A stretch of 64,000 nucleotides of DNA from Candidatus Eiseniibacteriota bacterium (GCA_965224245.1 OZ245046.1:6016001-6080000); one strand, 5' to 3'; shown: positions 1-10,362, numbered from the stretch's first letter. Program-made: numbers and translations. Notes: generated from the letters alone by a model not told the origin.

Positions 1-2
1 TC

Positions 3-383
3 CGGGGGTCCCGGCAGCCGACGCACTACATCCACAATGCGTTCATCCACTACCAGCTCCTGATGGGGTTCTGGTTCCCGCTTCTGATGCTCCTGATCTC
101 GATCGGGGTGATCGGGCGCGGCTTGCGCCTGTTCCGCCGGCTGCCCGACGGTCAGCTGAAGGGATCGGTGCTGGGGGCCGTCGGGTGCTTCATCGCCATC
201 CTGGTCTCCTCGCTGACCGAGATCGGGACGAACACGTTCTTCCTGCCGTTCTCGGCCGCGTACGTCGTGCTCGCCGAGCACGTCGCGCGGGAGGAGGGGA
301 TCATCCGGTCTCGAATCGACATGATCCGCGATCGCATGGACGCCAGGGCGGCCGCGTCGGTGGGCGGCGCCGGCGACTCGTAG
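3..383 (+). CDS. O-antigen ligase/polymerase (Wzy_C-like) membrane protein, 5'-truncated by the window edge
   Basis: Frame open from base 3; reads YIHNAFIHYQLLMG (H-N motif typical of Wzy_C/WaaL) followed by hydrophobic helices; glycan-locus context. Confidence 0.55.
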   Translation, partial: RGSRQPTHYIHNAFIHYQLLMGFWFPLLMLLISIGVIGRGLRLFRRLPDGQLKGSVLGAVGCFIAILVSSLTEIGTNTFFLPFSAAYVVLAEHVAREEGIIRSRIDMIRDRMDARAAASVGGAGDS

Positions 384-390
384 CCGACCG

Positions 391-1194
391 ATGCGAACGG
401 CTCTGATCTGTCACGAGGGCGCCGTCCTGCCGCTTCAGGGCATGACGCGCTGGCTGGCGTCGTTCTCGGACCTGGTCGCGATCGTCGTCATCGACGAGCG
501 GCCCGAGCGGAGGAAGGGACGCATCCGGCGGGAGATCGCGCGCGTCGGATGGTGGCGGTTCCTCGACGTGCTCGCGTTCCGGGTCTACGCGAGGTTCGCG
601 CTCGCCCCCGGTGACGAGCGCTACCGCCGGCGACAGATCGAGACCCTGCGCCGGGAGTATCCGACCGACCCGCCGGCCGTACCGGTCCACGAGACCCACA
701 GCCCCAACACGAAGGCCACGCGCGCGTTTCTCCGCGAGCACCGCCCGGACGTCGCGATCGCGCTCTGCAAGAACATCCTGTTCAAGAGCGTCTTCTCGAT
801 CCCGACGCACGGCACCTACGTGTTCCATCCCGGCGTGTGTCCCGAGTACCGAAACGCGCACGGGTGCTTCTGGGCACTCGCCCACGACGATCTCGAGCGG
901 GTCGGCATGACGCTCCTGCGGATCGACGAGGGGATCGACACCGGTCCCGTCCTCGGGTACTTCTCCTACGACTTCGACGAGATCCGGGAGAGTCACAACG
1001 TGATCCAGAACCGAGTCGTGTACGAGAACCTCCCTCGGATCCGCGCCGTGCTCGAGGACGTCGTCGACGGCCGTGCGGCGCCGATCGACGTGAGCGGACG
1101 TGAGTCACGCGAGTGGGGCCAGCCGTGGCTCTCGAAGTACGCGTACTGGAAGCGACAGGCCCGGAAGCGAGCCCGAAGGCGGCCCGCGCGATGA
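391..1194 (+). CDS. Formyltransferase-family protein (probable sugar/glycan N-formyltransferase)
   Basis: FHPGVCPEYRN and GMTLLRIDEGIDTGPVL match the formyl-THF-binding core; stop overlaps the next ATG (ATGA). Confidence 0.75.
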   Translation: MRTALICHEGAVLPLQGMTRWLASFSDLVAIVVIDERPERRKGRIRREIARVGWWRFLDVLAFRVYARFALAPGDERYRRRQIETLRREYPTDPPAVPVHETHSPNTKATRAFLREHRPDVAIALCKNILFKSVFSIPTHGTYVFHPGVCPEYRNAHGCFWALAHDDLERVGMTLLRIDEGIDTGPVLGYFSYDFDEIRESHNVIQNRVVYENLPRIRAVLEDVVDGRAAPIDVSGRESREWGQPWLSKYAYWKRQARKRARRRPAR

Positions 1195-2003
1195 ACGTGG
1201 CGCTTCTGTATCACGACGTCGTCGAGCCGGGACGGGAGAGCACCAGCGGGTTCCGGGGCGCCGACGCCGACAAGTACAAGCTCACCACCGATCGGTTCGT
1301 GGCCCAGCTCGAGGCGATCGGAGCGCTCGGTCTGCGCGGCGTCCGGGTGGACGATCCGGGTGATCGTGACCCCGCCGTGGCCGGGCCGCCCCGGGGCGTC
1401 GTGCTGACGTTCGACGACGGCGGCGCCAGCGCGCCCGCGATCGCCGAGCTCCTGGACGAGCGCGGGCACACCGGGTACTTCTTCATCACGACCGATCGCA
1501 TCGGCTCCGACGGCTTCGTCACCGATCGGGACGTCGCCGAGCTGCACGCACGGGGACACGTGATCGGGAGTCACTCCGCATCCCACCCACTCATCTTCTC
1601 GACCCTGAGCCCCGCGGACATGAAGCGCGAATGGGATCGGAGCCTGGAGCGTCTGTCCGAGATCGTGGGCACGCGGCCCACCACGGCGTCGATTCCGGGC
1701 GGCTACTACTCGCGCGCCGTGGCCGAGTCCGCGGTCGCCGCGGGGATCCGGTGCCTGTTCACGTCCGCGCCGGTGGCGTCGCCGTGGCACGTCGGCGCCT
1801 GCGTGGTTCGCGGGCGATTCAACGTCGACGTGACCACCCCGACGCACGAGGTCACCGATCTCGCGCGAGGTCGCATCGCGCCGCGGGCACGGCAGTTTCT
1901 CGTGTGGAACGCGAAGAAGCTGGCCAAGCGCGTCGGCGGAGCCCAGTACGTGCGTCTCCGAAAGGCGCTCATCGCCCGGCGGGCCGGCCGTGACCCACAC
2001 TGA
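1191..2003 (+). CDS. Polysaccharide deacetylase (CE4/NodB family)
   Basis: LLYHDV, LTFDDG, GSHSASH and PGG motifs; ATG at 1191 coupled to the upstream stop. Confidence 0.85.
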   Translation: MNVALLYHDVVEPGRESTSGFRGADADKYKLTTDRFVAQLEAIGALGLRGVRVDDPGDRDPAVAGPPRGVVLTFDDGGASAPAIAELLDERGHTGYFFITTDRIGSDGFVTDRDVAELHARGHVIGSHSASHPLIFSTLSPADMKREWDRSLERLSEIVGTRPTTASIPGGYYSRAVAESAVAAGIRCLFTSAPVASPWHVGACVVRGRFNVDVTTPTHEVTDLARGRIAPRARQFLVWNAKKLAKRVGGAQYVRLRKALIARRAGRDPH

Positions 2004-3138
2004 TCTCCGCCGCCCCCGGATCCTCTACATCACGCCCGTGTGCGACCTGGGCGGCGAGGAGCTGTCGACCCTGTCGCTCGCGGTGGAGGTGGCCGGCCGC
2101 GGATACGACGTGGCGCTGGTGACCGAAGGCGGCGACTTTCTGGACGAGTTCGTCTCCGCCGGGATCCCCACCCATGTGCTTCCGATGAACGCGCGCCGAC
2201 CGGCCGGGATCTGGCGGGCGTCTCGCGCGCTCCGCGAGCTTCTCGACGCCACGCCGTTCGACATCCTCCACTCGCAGGAGGTCTTCACGACGGTCATCGC
2301 CCATCTCGCCCGCCGCCTGCCCACCGGGACCGGCTCCAAGCTGATCTATCACTATCGAGGGGTTCGGCCGCGCATGATCCCGTCCGTCGCCCGGGTGCTT
2401 CCCCGGATCAGCGACTACGTCCTGACCAACGCCGAGACGAATCGCACGTTGTTTCTGGAGCGTGGCATCGACCCAGCATCGGTTCGCACGATCTACAACG
2501 GGCTGGACTTCTCCGACTTCGACGTGGCTTACGACCGCGCGGAGGTTCGATCTGAGTGGGGGGTCCCCGACGACGCCTTCGTCGTGGGCGCCATCGGTCG
2601 TCTGCATCCGGTGAAGGGGCACGCCGTGCTCATCGACGCGCTGTCCCACGTGCGCCGCGAGCGGGACGACGTCCACGCGGTGCTGATCGGTGACGGTCCT
2701 CTCCGTTCGGAGCTCGAGGCCCGGGTGGCCGCCGCCGGACTGGCGTCCGTCGTGCACTTCCGGGGGGTCGAGAGGAACGTGGCGCGCTGCCTGGCGGGGC
2801 TGGATCTTCTCGTGCTGCCGTCGACCGAGGAGGCGATCGGCCGCGTGCTGGCCGAGGCGCATGCGGTGGGACTCCCCGCGATCGCCAGCCGCGTCGGGGG
2901 AACGGGGGAGATCGTGCGCGACGGGGTGTCGGGGTTCCTGGTGTCGCCCGGAGACCCGGCGGCACTGGCCGGCCGCATTCTCGACATCGCCCGGGACCCC
3001 GAGCGCGCGCGGGCCTTCGGGGTCGCGGGCAAGCGCTGGGTGCGCGAGCGGTTCGGCCTCCAGGCGATGGTCGACGACACGCTGGAGATCTACCACCGAC
3101 TGTTCGACCGCACGGACACGAGATCGCCTCGACCGTAG
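1990..3138 (+). CDS. Glycosyltransferase family 4 (GT-B)
   Basis: GGEE N-terminal motif, IYNG, GRLHPVKGH, PSTEEAIGRVLAEA (E-x7-E), SRVGGTGEIV. Confidence 0.9.
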   Translation: MTHTDLRRPRILYITPVCDLGGEELSTLSLAVEVAGRGYDVALVTEGGDFLDEFVSAGIPTHVLPMNARRPAGIWRASRALRELLDATPFDILHSQEVFTTVIAHLARRLPTGTGSKLIYHYRGVRPRMIPSVARVLPRISDYVLTNAETNRTLFLERGIDPASVRTIYNGLDFSDFDVAYDRAEVRSEWGVPDDAFVVGAIGRLHPVKGHAVLIDALSHVRRERDDVHAVLIGDGPLRSELEARVAAAGLASVVHFRGVERNVARCLAGLDLLVLPSTEEAIGRVLAEAHAVGLPAIASRVGGTGEIVRDGVSGFLVSPGDPAALAGRILDIARDPERARAFGVAGKRWVRERFGLQAMVDDTLEIYHRLFDRTDTRSPRP

Positions 3139-3177
3139 TCGTACGGTGTCGCGTGGCGCGCCGCCGGACCATCGGGA

Positions 3178-5508
3178 TCACTCGACGGTGACCACGCCTT
3201 CGCGATCGGTGATCGTCCGCGCGCCGCACCGGATCACGAGTCCCCGCTCGGAGTCACGCACGTCGACGTCCAGCGGCGCCGGCGAGCCGGCGCCGGGCGT
3301 CACGCTCGTCACCGCGACCACGTTCCCGTCGCTGTCGGTGGCGCGACCGACGAGGTGAAGATCCACGAATCCCCGGGGATTGGTGTGGCGCTCGCGCGTG
3401 AAGATCGGGTCGAGCCCGCCCGAGACGTGATGGACGCGCCAGGCGAGTCCGACCGAGCCGTCGGTCGCATCCACGCCGGGCCGCCCCGCGTCGGACGACA
3501 CCGACGAACGCCAGGGGGGGTCCGCGCGCGCCGGCACGCGGAGGACGGCCCCACCGGGTCGACCCCGTGTGATCACGACGATCCCCTCGTCGAGAAACAC
3601 CCAGTGCTGGCGCCGCTCCCGGACGAGCTCGGCGACCGGAGGGGATTCGCCGACGAGGCGAAGGCGGCCCGCCCCGGTCGGATCCTCGCCGGAGAACGGA
3701 TGGTCGGTCACGACGCCGTCGAGGATCGGATGAAGCGCGCCGTGTCCGGGAATCCCGATCATGGCCAGGCCCGGCGCGCCGGTGAAGTGGTTCTCCGACG
3801 ACCAGCTGTACGACCGCTCGCAGCCGGCGAAGAGCACGGCGTAGTAGCCCGACGTGACCACGACGAGGTAGCCGCTCGATGCATGGAGCCGACACGCCGG
3901 CGGGCTCTCCATCGGCAGTCGAACCGTCTCGGGATCGATCGCGTGCGGGTCGGCGGCCAGAGCCGCCTCGTCGGTGGCGGCCCGCAAGAGGTAGTACGCG
4001 CTGAGGGCGTTGTACGGCGTGTGGCAGTGGTTCCAGGCCATGCGGCGCTCGATCTCGGGGTTCACGGCGGTCGCGAGCATTCCGTCGGCGCGCTGAGCAC
4101 GTGAGAGATACGCCAGCGCGAGGCGCGCGCCGCGTCGATAGCGCGCGGCGCGTTCAGGGTCCGCGTCACCGACGAGGCGCGCGGCGAACCGGAGCGCCGA
4201 GATCGCGCTCGCGAGGTGGTACACGTTGTTCGAGCCGCGCCCCATGTACGAGACCTCGCCGTCCGGTGTCTCCATCGCGATCGTGAAGTCGACGCCGGCC
4301 AGGAGGATCGATCGCGTCTCCTCGTCGTCGGCCAGCCTCAGCGAATCGGCCAGGCAGGCCAACGAGTACTGGTGGTAGGTGAGGTCGTGGGAATCGAAGT
4401 AGAAGCGGCCGGGGTTGTTGTCCTGGATGAGTCCGTCGTCCAGGAGATCCCGGCCGACGCGTCGGGTGAGTCCTCTGCGCTCCCGGACGCTCAGCTCGCC
4501 GTATCCGCCCACCGACTGCGCCGTGCGCCAGTGATGACGCAGCGCGTAGACGTTGGTGGGCAGGTACAGGTCCGCTCGAAGCGACCGCGCGTGCGCCTCG
4601 AGCGTCGTGCGCAGGGACGGCTCCATGTCTCGACCGCTCAGCGTGAGCGTCTCCAGGAGCCCGGCGTTCTTGAAGTCCGCGTGGGTCATCGGCGTCATCG
4701 ACGCGGCGTAGCCCGGGTACACGCGCGCCAGAAACTCGGCGGCATCGTGGGCGGCGTCCGCCGAGGACGGCGTCGGACGGGCCTGGTGAGCGAAGGCCAG
4801 GGCCCACGCCGCGTAGGCGTCCGCGTACACCGTTCCCATGACCTGGGGCGGGAGCTCATCCCCTTCGCTGTTGGTGTGGAAGTCCAGGATCCCGCCGCGG
4901 TCGTAGCAGGTCATCTCGACCCCGTCGTCCTCGACGCGTGAGAGCTGCCAGGTGATGCCGGGGACGTTCTCGAACCGGACCGCCGACGCGACCCGATGCC
5001 GGCGGTCCACGTAGTATCGCGCGAGGTCCCGGACGCCCTCGAGGATCCGGCGCGCGCGAGCGACCGACAGCCTTCGCAGCTCGGCCACCATCAGTCGCGC
5101 GTACTTCGCGGCCAGGCGTCGTGTATAGTTGCTCTCCGGCTCGACCCGGTACGTCGTCGTGGGTGCATGCAGGAGTCGACCCTGAAACAGCCGCAGATAC
5201 GATCCCGCGTCGAACGGGCCGGCGACGCCCACCGGGTGCGAGACGCTCTCGACCCACACCCGACGCGATCCGCTCGGACCGGGGCGTGTGACCAGGCGAT
5301 ACTCCACCGGGCCCGGGTCCCCGCGGAGCTCCCGCACCGTCAGGACCCCCGATCGGGTCCCGTCGACCGGATCGTCCGTCGGGAGCATCTCGACCCTGAC
5401 GTCCGGAGCGACGACCTGGCAGGCCGTCAGATACTCCGCCACCCGGAGGCCGACCTCCCACGCGAGGTCGGGGTCCAGGATCCGGGGCGCGCGGTCGATA
5501 CGGTACAT
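3178..5508 (-). CDS. Hypothetical 776-aa protein, possibly an (alpha/alpha)-toroid glycan-modifying enzyme
   Basis: Long ORF with normal codon pattern; helical aromatic-rich core (YHQYSLACL, GEVSYMGRGSN, WNHCHTPYN); function not recognised. Confidence 0.55.
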   Translation of the reverse strand: MYRIDRAPRILDPDLAWEVGLRVAEYLTACQVVAPDVRVEMLPTDDPVDGTRSGVLTVRELRGDPGPVEYRLVTRPGPSGSRRVWVESVSHPVGVAGPFDAGSYLRLFQGRLLHAPTTTYRVEPESNYTRRLAAKYARLMVAELRRLSVARARRILEGVRDLARYYVDRRHRVASAVRFENVPGITWQLSRVEDDGVEMTCYDRGGILDFHTNSEGDELPPQVMGTVYADAYAAWALAFAHQARPTPSSADAAHDAAEFLARVYPGYAASMTPMTHADFKNAGLLETLTLSGRDMEPSLRTTLEAHARSLRADLYLPTNVYALRHHWRTAQSVGGYGELSVRERRGLTRRVGRDLLDDGLIQDNNPGRFYFDSHDLTYHQYSLACLADSLRLADDEETRSILLAGVDFTIAMETPDGEVSYMGRGSNNVYHLASAISALRFAARLVGDADPERAARYRRGARLALAYLSRAQRADGMLATAVNPEIERRMAWNHCHTPYNALSAYYLLRAATDEAALAADPHAIDPETVRLPMESPPACRLHASSGYLVVVTSGYYAVLFAGCERSYSWSSENHFTGAPGLAMIGIPGHGALHPILDGVVTDHPFSGEDPTGAGRLRLVGESPPVAELVRERRQHWVFLDEGIVVITRGRPGGAVLRVPARADPPWRSSVSSDAGRPGVDATDGSVGLAWRVHHVSGGLDPIFTRERHTNPRGFVDLHLVGRATDSDGNVVAVTSVTPGAGSPAPLDVDVRDSERGLVIRCGARTITDREGVVTVE

Positions 5509-5594
5509 GACATGAGCTCCGTGAGGATCGTAAAGCGCGGCGGATCATACGGTTCGGTGTGTCGAAGCGTCAACTCGAGGGAACTGGCCACGGC

Positions 5595-7238
5595 ATGACA
5601 GCACGCGACTCGACGCCGGCCGACCCGCCGGCGGCCGATCCGTCACGACGCCGCGAGAAGACCAAGACCGCGCGATTCGCGGGATTGATGGGCGCCGGCA
5701 TCCTCCTGTCGCGCCTGCTCGGGCTCGTGCGCGACATGTTCCTGGCGTACTTCCTCGGCACCGGACACGTGGCCGAGGCCTGGCTGGTCGCGTTTCGCAT
5801 CCCCAACGTCCTCCGCATGCACCTCACCGAGGGATCGCTCAACGCGGCCTTCGTACCGATCTTCAACGAGTACCTCGAACGCGGTGACGCCGCCGAGACC
5901 CGGGCCATGGCCTCCTCCGCGTGCACGGCGCTGGGGCTGTTCCTCACGATGATCTCACTCCTGGGATCGCTCGTCGCCCCGGAGTTCGTTCACCTGCTGG
6001 CGCCGGGCTTCGTGGACGTCCCCGGCAAGGTCGAGCTCACCGCGAACCTGATGCGGTGGACGTTCTTCTACATCGCCCTGGTCGGCGTGGCCGCGCTCCT
6101 GATGGGCATGCTCCAGTCGCTGGGGTCGTTCCGCACGTCCGCGCTGGCCCAGGCCGTCTTCAACACGGCGATCATCGTGTCGGTCTTCACGATCTGCCCG
6201 CTCTTCGGCGAGGCACGCGAGCGCTGGGTGTACGGGCTGGTCGTGGGGTCGCTTCTGGGGGGGCTCGTGCAGCTCCTGATCCAGATCCCGCCCCTCGTCC
6301 GCGCGGGGTTCCTGCCCCAGCCGACGCGCCGGCTCGACCATCCCGGCGTGCGGCGGATCGCACGACTGATGGGGCCCACGTTCTTCGGGGTCGCGATCGC
6401 GGAGATCATGATCCTCGCGAACACGTTTCTCGCGTCGCTCCTGTCCGAGGGTGCGGTGGCCGCGATCGAGTACGCGACCCGGATCATCCAGATGCCGTAC
6501 ATGGTGCTGGCGGGCGCGATCTCGACGGCGATGTTGCCGCTGATGTCCAAGCAGAGCGCGAGACGCGACTACGCGGATCTGACCGCGACGCTCTCGTTCA
6601 CGCTGCGCGCGATCGTCTTCCTGATGGTTCCGGTGGGAGTGGTCACCGCCGTGCTCGACACCGAGATCGTGCAGCTCGTGCTGGAGCGCGGCGCGTTCTC
6701 GGCCGAGTCCACCGCCCGCACGGCCCACGCGCTCCGGTTCTTCGTGCCGCTCCTGCTCGGCTCGAGCGCGCTGCGTCTCGTGACCGCTGCGTTCTTCTCG
6801 ATGCAGGACACGCGAACGCCGGTGTGGGTGTCGGCGCTGGCGCTGGTCTTCAACGTGGCGCTGGGTGCCGTTCTGATGCGCGTCATGGACGTGGCCGGGC
6901 TCGCGCTGGCCGTCTCGCTGTCACCCTGCCTGGCGAGCGCGACGCTGCTGATCATCCTGTCGCGCCGCGTCGGTGGCTTCCCGCTCGTCGGGTGGCCGCG
7001 TACACTGCTCGCCGTGCTGTCCGGCTCGGCCGTGCTGACGGGCGTCCTGCTCGTGGTCGCCCGCGGGATCGAGCCCGCGCTCGGCGGAGTCCCGCCGGCC
7101 GCGGCGAAGGTGACCCGGCTCGCGATTCCGTCGATCGTGGGATTGGGGGCCTATCTCGGGATCGGCACGCTCTGGCGCACCGAGGAGCTCGCCTTCGTGT
7201 CGCGGACGATCGGGCGCCGGCTGGGAGTGGTTCGATGA
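5595..7238 (+). CDS. murJ: MurJ/MviN-family lipid II or glycan flippase
   Basis: LSRLLGLVRD, AFRIPN...EGSLNAAFVP, ERGAF, QDTRTP signature motifs; many TM helices. Confidence 0.88.
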   Translation: MTARDSTPADPPAADPSRRREKTKTARFAGLMGAGILLSRLLGLVRDMFLAYFLGTGHVAEAWLVAFRIPNVLRMHLTEGSLNAAFVPIFNEYLERGDAAETRAMASSACTALGLFLTMISLLGSLVAPEFVHLLAPGFVDVPGKVELTANLMRWTFFYIALVGVAALLMGMLQSLGSFRTSALAQAVFNTAIIVSVFTICPLFGEARERWVYGLVVGSLLGGLVQLLIQIPPLVRAGFLPQPTRRLDHPGVRRIARLMGPTFFGVAIAEIMILANTFLASLLSEGAVAAIEYATRIIQMPYMVLAGAISTAMLPLMSKQSARRDYADLTATLSFTLRAIVFLMVPVGVVTAVLDTEIVQLVLERGAFSAESTARTAHALRFFVPLLLGSSALRLVTAAFFSMQDTRTPVWVSALALVFNVALGAVLMRVMDVAGLALAVSLSPCLASATLLIILSRRVGGFPLVGWPRTLLAVLSGSAVLTGVLLVVARGIEPALGGVPPAAAKVTRLAIPSIVGLGAYLGIGTLWRTEELAFVSRTIGRRLGVVR

Positions 7239-9172
7239 CCTCGCGCGTACGCACGCTCTCGTACAGCCTCTTGTCGGTGGCCACGATCGGCTGCCTGTTC
7301 GGCGTCGTGTTCGCCGTGCGCGCGATCGGCATGAGCGAGCTCGAGAACGACCTGCGCGACATGCTGGTGCTGATCGGGTGGGTCGCGCTGACGTTCGCCG
7401 TGCTGTTCCTGCCGATCGGGCTGGTCGGCCTCGCGCTGACCGGCCTTCTGGCCCAGGTCAGGCGCCGACGCCTCCGCGGGCGCACACGGATCTACCTCCT
7501 CGCGTGGTTCGTGATGTCGACCGCGATCTCGATCCCGTTCCTCGGGTACTACTACTCGAGCGGCATCGACCCCGCGACGGTGCCCGCCGCCACGTCCCCC
7601 TGGGATCTGTTGCCGTACTGGCTCCTGAAGGTCGGACGCTGGATCGGGTTCTCGCTCTTGACCGGCGCCTGGCTGGCGTTCGTCGTCGCGACGGTGCTCT
7701 CGCGGGTGCTTCAGCTGGGCGACCGGGACGAGAGGCCGTTCTGGAGCCAGCGCCTCCTCATCGGCATCCCGGCGCTGATTCTGCTCGCGTGGGTCGTGCC
7801 GCCCCTGTGGCTCCTGGCCACGCGCGGCGCGGAGATCGACCGTCTGCACACCGAGCGCGGGGTGCGAGCAGCCGAGGTCGAGACCGTGCCGCCGCTGGCG
7901 CGGGTCCTCGTGGTCGGATGGGACGGCGCCACCTGGGACGTCGTCGATCCGCTCCTGGAGCGCGGTCTGATGCCGAACCTGGCTCGATTGATCGAGGAGG
8001 GAACCCGCGCCGAGCTCGGCACCTTCGAGCCCACCCTCTCGCCCCTGATCTGGACGACGATCTCGACGGGACGACCCCCCGGCCAGCACGGGGTTCGCTC
8101 GCACGTCGAGAACCGCTTCCTCGCGATGAACCGCTGGTTCTACTTCCCGCCGTTGATGGGCTTCGATCGCGTCTTCGGTCGGGTGTGGGAGCGGCTCGGC
8201 CTGATCGAGCGCGTGCAGGTGACCAGCTACGCCCGGCAGCGACAGGCCTTCTGGAACATCCTGAGCGACGCGGATCGGACCGTGGGGCTCGTGAACTGGC
8301 GCGTGACCTGGCCGGCCGAGGAGGTCAACGGGTTCAACGTGACCCGGAACCTGTACTCGATGCTGAAGCAGGTCACCGGCCCCGACCGTCTGGAGATTCC
8401 CCCGATGTCCGACGCGGACTTCGTCGCCGCGACGCCCGGCAGCGTCGCGCCGCCCATCCGACGCGCGGTCATGGACTCCTTCCTGGTGGAGGCCTCGCGG
8501 GAGCTGCCCCGCTACTGCGAGGCATCGGGCCTGCCGCCCGAGCTCGCACGCGAGTCCGAGGTGCTGGCCTCGCTGCTCGGCGAGTGGCTGTACCGGCGAG
8601 ATCCGGTCGACCTGATGGGCGTGTACTACTACCGACCCGATGCGATCGAGCACGGCTTCTGGCGCTACCGGGAGCCCCGGTTCTACTTCCGGGCGCCCCC
8701 GGACGACGTCGCGCGCTACGGTCAGGCGATCGACCAGGTCCACCAGTTCGTCGACATGCAGCTCGGGCGCCTGCTCGACGTCGTCTCGGACGACACGATC
8801 GTCATGTTGCTCTCCGATCACGGACACGGACCGGTGTTCGGTGAGCTGAGCCGGAGCGGGGGGCACGCCAGCGCGCCGTCGGGGATCCTGGTGATGTCCG
8901 GGCCCGGCGTGCGCAGAGGCGCCGAGCTCCGTGCGCCCACCGTCTACGACATCTTCCCCACGCTCATGTACGTCGAGGGCCTCCCGATCGAACGGGAAGC
9001 GAGAGGCCGCGTTCTGCTGGAGGCGTTCGACGAGGCGCTGACGCGGGACCGTCCGGTCCGGTCGATCGAGCGATACCAGCGCCGCGAGCCCGGGCTACGC
9101 GAGCAGCCGCGGCGCTCGAAGATCGATCGGGAGAACCTCGAGAACCTCCGCCGGCTGGGCTACATCGGCTGA
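7235..9172 (+). CDS. Membrane-anchored alkaline-phosphatase-superfamily enzyme (type I phosphodiesterase/nucleotide pyrophosphatase-like)
   Basis: About 5 N-terminal TM segments, then VVGWDGATW, PTLSPLIWTTISTG, LLSDHGH, DIFPT and a C-terminal LRRLGYI; ATG overlaps the murJ stop. Confidence 0.8.
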   Translation: MTSRVRTLSYSLLSVATIGCLFGVVFAVRAIGMSELENDLRDMLVLIGWVALTFAVLFLPIGLVGLALTGLLAQVRRRRLRGRTRIYLLAWFVMSTAISIPFLGYYYSSGIDPATVPAATSPWDLLPYWLLKVGRWIGFSLLTGAWLAFVVATVLSRVLQLGDRDERPFWSQRLLIGIPALILLAWVVPPLWLLATRGAEIDRLHTERGVRAAEVETVPPLARVLVVGWDGATWDVVDPLLERGLMPNLARLIEEGTRAELGTFEPTLSPLIWTTISTGRPPGQHGVRSHVENRFLAMNRWFYFPPLMGFDRVFGRVWERLGLIERVQVTSYARQRQAFWNILSDADRTVGLVNWRVTWPAEEVNGFNVTRNLYSMLKQVTGPDRLEIPPMSDADFVAATPGSVAPPIRRAVMDSFLVEASRELPRYCEASGLPPELARESEVLASLLGEWLYRRDPVDLMGVYYYRPDAIEHGFWRYREPRFYFRAPPDDVARYGQAIDQVHQFVDMQLGRLLDVVSDDTIVMLLSDHGHGPVFGELSRSGGHASAPSGILVMSGPGVRRGAELRAPTVYDIFPTLMYVEGLPIEREARGRVLLEAFDEALTRDRPVRSIERYQRREPGLREQPRRSKIDRENLENLRRLGYIG

Positions 9173-9604
9173 TCAGAAACGGACGGGCGGGTCGACGCGT
9201 GCGGAGCGGGCGACGCGCAGTCGGTATCGATCCCCGGAATACTCGATGAAGATGTCGATGCGATTCGGGGTCTCGAACGCCTGGATCTCGGTCTCCAGCA
9301 CCCGTCCCCGATAGTTCAGCTCGAGGGGCCACTTGCCCATCTCGGGAACCTGGACCTGATAGGTGCCGCCGGGGCGGGTCGTGAACTCCACGCGGCGGCC
9401 GCCTGCCTGGATCACGCCCGGGCACTGCCGGTCCAGGGCGCGGACGTGGCCGGTGTCGACGTCCACGAGCTGGACGTCGCCGAACAGGATGCCCGTGGGG
9501 GTGGCCTGCCACTCTCCACCGCCCGCGCAGGCGCCGAGCAGGGCGGCGATCGCGATCGCGAGGGCGGCGCCGAGGCGGCGCGGCCGGGACGTCGGGTCGG
9601 TCAT
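9173..9604 (-). CDS. Putative lipoprotein of unknown function
   Basis: Basic N-terminus, hydrophobic stretch and lipobox LLGAC. Confidence 0.65.
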   Translation of the reverse strand: MTDPTSRPRRLGAALAIAIAALLGACAGGGEWQATPTGILFGDVQLVDVDTGHVRALDRQCPGVIQAGGRRVEFTTRPGGTYQVQVPEMGKWPLELNYRGRVLETEIQAFETPNRIDIFIEYSGDRYRLRVARSARVDPPVRF

Positions 9605-9678
9605 GGGGGTATCGGCTCCTCCGGTCGGGGGCGGTCTGGGGGCGGGAGTCTAGCGCCCTGGGGGGCGATTGTCGCTTT

Positions 9679-9706
9679 TTGACATCCCGATCGTCGGTGG
9701 TATAGT
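9679..9706 (+). promoter_or_regulatory. Sigma70-type promoter of the tRNA-tuf operon
   Basis: TTGACA (9679-84), 16-nt spacer ending TGG, TATAGT (9701-06), about 90 nt upstream of tRNA-Thr. Confidence 0.7.
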
Positions 9707-9796
9707 CTGCGCCGCCCAAGTCCGCAACTCGTTCTCGACCGCCTCGGGCTGCTCGGGGCGCCCATCGGGCCCGAGCCGGCCAGGCGGCGACCGAAG

Positions 9797-9872
9797 GCTG
9801 GCGTAGCTCAACTGGTAGAGCATCGCATTTGTAATGCGAGGGTTGGGGGTTCGAGTCCCTTCGCCAGCTCCA
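9797..9872 (+). tRNA. tRNA-Thr(TGT)
   Basis: Acceptor GCTGGCG/CGCCAGC, anticodon arm TCGCA-TTTGTAA-TGCGA, GTTCGA T-loop, encoded CCA. Confidence 0.96.
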
Positions 9873-9925
9873 GTGGCTGGCGGCGGAGCTGTAAGTGGCC
9901 TTGGGTCAACGTATTGTGTGTTCGT

Positions 9926-10011
9926 GGGGAGATGCCCGAGTGGTTAAAGGGAGCAGACTGTAAATCTGCCGGCTATCGCCTACAGAGGTTCGAATCCTCT
10001 TCTCCCCACCA
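9926..10011 (+). tRNA. tRNA-Tyr(GTA)
   Basis: Acceptor GGGGAGA/TCTCCCC, GCAGA-CTGTAAA-TCTGC, long variable arm, CCA. Confidence 0.96.
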
Positions 10012-10136
10012 CGACATACACGCAGACGACGAGGTCGGTGGCCTGGACGGCCGGCGGAGGGCCAGTCCCCCGAGGACCGCTCCCGTCGCCGGGGCCCCAC
10101 GACCGGCCGCGCGCTGCGTGAACCGGTGTCGCTCGG

Positions 10137-10213
10137 GCGGGAATAGCTCAGTTGGCTAGAGCATCAGCCTTCCAAGCTGAGGGTCGCGGGTTCGAGCCCC
10201 GTTTCCCGCTCCA
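10137..10213 (+). tRNA. tRNA-Gly(TCC)
   Basis: GCGGGAA/TTCCCGC, TCAGC-CTTCCAA-GCTGA, CCA. Confidence 0.96.
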
Positions 10214-10362
10214 TTTTTCTCCCGGGAGTTTCTCGGAGGGGGCGTCGTCGTCCTTGACGGGCGATCCGCGTTTCGGCTAGCATCGCCGCCTTGATTTCCC
10301 GTCCTGACTCCTCTCCTTGCCCTCATCTGACCCGGGGACAGGGGATTAGCGCGGGTCTCATA

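Noticed and set aside
5921-9172. 1083-aa ORF as a single protein
   Set aside because: The first 438 codons overlap murJ out of frame; the real gene starts at ATG 7235, coupled to the murJ stop
10254-10283. Internal promoter TTGACG-N18-TAGCAT before tRNA-Thr(GGT)
   Set aside because: Plausible, but the -10 match is weak and there is no independent support
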